NCBI RefSeq assembly: GCF_009914755.1
Contig: NC_060942.1
Length of the DNA: 64,000 bases
Reading direction: 5' to 3' (one strand)
DNA from: the human T2T-CHM13v2.0 reference genome, Homo sapiens
In this document: piece after piece, positions 61,213-64,000 of the stretch
Position numbering within the stretch: the first letter of the stretch is position 1
How the letters are laid out: the number at the start of each line of letters is the position of its first letter
Translations under genes and position numbers: made by a program
The notes under the pieces: model-generated
Database searches by the model: none
What the model was told of the DNA's origin: nothing
The model's input: only the letters and a program-made list of their open reading frames with translations

Positions 61213-63002
61213 CTAGCAAACCCTGGAGAATAGAGAAAATCTAATTTCCAAAATCACCACATTATAACAGTTAAACGGCCAATTTTCCATAAAGAAACCA
61301 CAAGATATACAAAGGAACAGAAAAACACGGCTGGGAGGAATGAAATAAATGAACAGAAACCATATCCAAGAAGCCCAGACATTGGACTTGATAAAGACAT
61401 TAAAAACTGTCTTAAATATGTTCAAAGAGTTGAAGGAAAACACAGAAAAGGAACTAAAGGAAACTAGGAAAATTATATATGACCAAAATGAGAATGTCAA
61501 CAAAGAGAAAGAAACTATATTAAGAAACCAAACAAATTCTGGAGCTAAAAACTAACACTTTAAGTATAAATGGACTAAACTCTCCAATCAAACTACAGAG
61601 ACTGACAAAATGGATTTTAAAAAACAAACAAAAACACCATGATCCAACTATATGCTGCCCATAAGGAACTCACTTCAAGTCCAAAGACAAATGGTTAAAA
61701 GTGAAAGATGGGAAAAAATACTCCATGCAAATAGTAAATAAAAAAAGCACTGAGGTGGGTAGGCTAATATCAGACAAAACAGACCTTAAGTTAAAAAAAT
61801 GGTTAACAGACAAAAAAGACATTACATATTGATAAAAGAGTTAATTCACCAAAAATATATTATCATAAATTTATATGCGTCAAATATGTACATTTGGTAT
61901 ATAAATATACAAGCCCCATGATATGTGAAGCAAACATTGAAAGAATTTAAGAAAGAAATACATAGTTCTACAAATAGTTGGAGATTTCAATAATCCATTT
62001 TCAGTAATGAATAGAACCAGACAGAAGATTAATAAAAAAACAGAGGACATGAACGACACTATAAACCAACTGGACCTAACAGATTATAAAGAGAGAGAGA
62101 GCACTCTATCCAGTAACAAAATACACATTTTTCTCAAGTACACATGGAACATTCTCAAGAATAGACTTATTATGTTATGCCACAAAACAAGTTTTAATAA
62201 CTTTTAAAAGACCAAAATGACACAAAGTATCTTTTCCAATCACAATGGAATGAAACTACTAAACAATAATAGGGGAAAACTGGAAAATTACAAACGTGGA
62301 AATTAGACAATGAACTCTTAAAACTATGGGTCAAAGAAAAAATCATTGGGAAATTAGAAAATACTTTGAGACAAATGAAAATGAAAATACAATGTACCAA
62401 ACCTAGTAGGATGCTGAAAAATCAGTGCAAAGGAGGAAATTTATAGCTATAAATGCTTACATTTTAAAAAGAAAAAAAGCTTTTAAAATCAATAAAAATA
62501 ACCTAACTTAATACTATAAGGAACTAGAAAAAGAAAAGCAAATGAAACCCAAAGCTGACAGAAGGAAAGAATAAAGATTAAAGTGAAGATAAATAAAACA
62601 CAGAATAGGAAAATAACAGAGAAAGCCAATGTGACCCAAAGTAGGTCTTCTGAAAAGATAAAATTGGCACATATTTGGTTAAGCTGACTAAGGGAAAAAG
62701 AGAGAAGACTCAAATTAGTAATTTCAGAAATAAAAGTGACGACATTCCTATCAATTCTACAAATAATTGTAATAGAATATTATGAACATCTGCACACCAG
62801 AAAAAAAGGGTAACTTACATAAAATGGACAAATTCCTAGAAGCATACAATCTGCCAAAAATGAACCATAAAGAAATGGAAAGTCAGAATACACCAATAAC
62901 TGTAACAAGTAAGAAGACAGAAATGGTAATAATAAACCTCTCAAGAAAGAAAATCCCTGGGCCAGATGGCTCCACTGGTGAATTCTAACAAACATTTATG
63001 TA

Positions 63003-63306
63003 TTTTTATTTGTTTGTTTTTTCCTTTTTTTGAGGCAGGGTCTCACTCTGTTGCCCAGGGTGAAGTGTAGGGGCACAGTCTCAGTTCACTGCAACCTCTG
63101 CTTCCTGGACTTCAAGCTATCCTCCAGCCTCAGCCTCCTGAGTAGCTTGTGTGAGCAACCACACCTGGTTAATTTTTTTTTTTAGGGATGGGGTTTTACC
63201 ATGCTGCCCAGGCTGGTCTTGAACTCCTGAGCTCAACGTTATTTGTTTGCCTTGGCCTCCCAAAGTGCTGGGATTACAGATTGTGAGTAGGCAGTATGTC
63301 CGGCCT
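63003..63306 (-). mobile_element. AluJ (diverged, small deletion)
   Basis: Reverse Alu; TSD t(a/c)...caaac(a/g)ttta. Confidence 0.82.
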
Positions 63307-64000
63307 CTACCAAACGTTTAAAGAAGAATTAACACGAATCCTTTTCAAACTCTTTCAAAAAACTGAAGAGAAGGAAATATTTCCTAACTCATTCTATGAG
63401 TGCAGCACTGCCCTGATAGCAAAACTAAAAATATCACACAAAAATTACATATCAGAGTTTATGAAACATATGAATATAGACATAAAAATGCCCAATAAAA
63501 TAACAGCAAGTAGAATATAGCACATATGAGAAGAAGTACACACCAGGATCAAGTGGGATTTATGCCAGGAATGCACAGTTGATTTAACATACAAAAATAT
63601 TTTAATGTAATCTACCACATTAATAGAATAAAGGACAAAAACCACATCACCTCATTAGATACAGATAAAATGTTCAACAAAATTCAACACCCTCTCATAA
63701 TAAAAAACAATCAACAAACAGGGAATGGAAAGAAACTTCCTCAGCATGGTGAAGGCCACATATGAAAATCCCACAGCTAACATCATACTCAATGATGAAA
63801 GACTGAAAGCTTTTCTCCTGAGATCAGGAACAAGACAAAGATGTCACCTTTTGTCACTTCTATTCAACTCATTATTGGAAGTTTTTGCCAGAGCAATTAG
63901 GTAAGAAAAAGAAATAAAAGGCATCCAAATTGGAAACAAAGACATAAAATTATCTATTCACAGGTGACATGATCCTATAGGTGGAAAACTAAAGATTACA

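Overview
Human genomic DNA; an AluYb8 insertion indicates human origin. The window lies inside ROCK1 (Rho-associated coiled-coil kinase 1) on the minus strand. I traced coding exons 2-12 by hand. All have GT-AG borders, and the spliced frame is continuous from DGLDALVY to EMEQKCR (about aa 32-454): part of the N-terminal extension, the whole AGC kinase domain, the hydrophobic motif and the start of the coiled coil. Exon 1 lies beyond the right edge and exon 13 beyond the left edge. The rest is intron packed with about 35 Alus plus L1M, L2, MIR, MER20/MER1/MER58, MADE1, MaLR/ERVL LTRs and one ERV1 remnant. Almost all ORFs in the supplied track are repeat-derived artefacts. I found no new multi-gene system. 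The most unusual structures are: (1) an ERV1 with intact TG..CA ends and a CTAG target-site duplication (TSD) but an inverted gag-pro core; (2) a unique ~79-nt polyadenylated segment enclosed within an AluY's TSD; (3) a near-perfect 77-nt local copy of L2 sequence inserted into a MER58B 2 kb away; (4) several fold-back or duplication scars; (5) splice-site oddities (NAGNAG at exon 12, AG|GTAAG at exon 4). Repeat subfamily names and most repeat boundaries are by eye and approximate.
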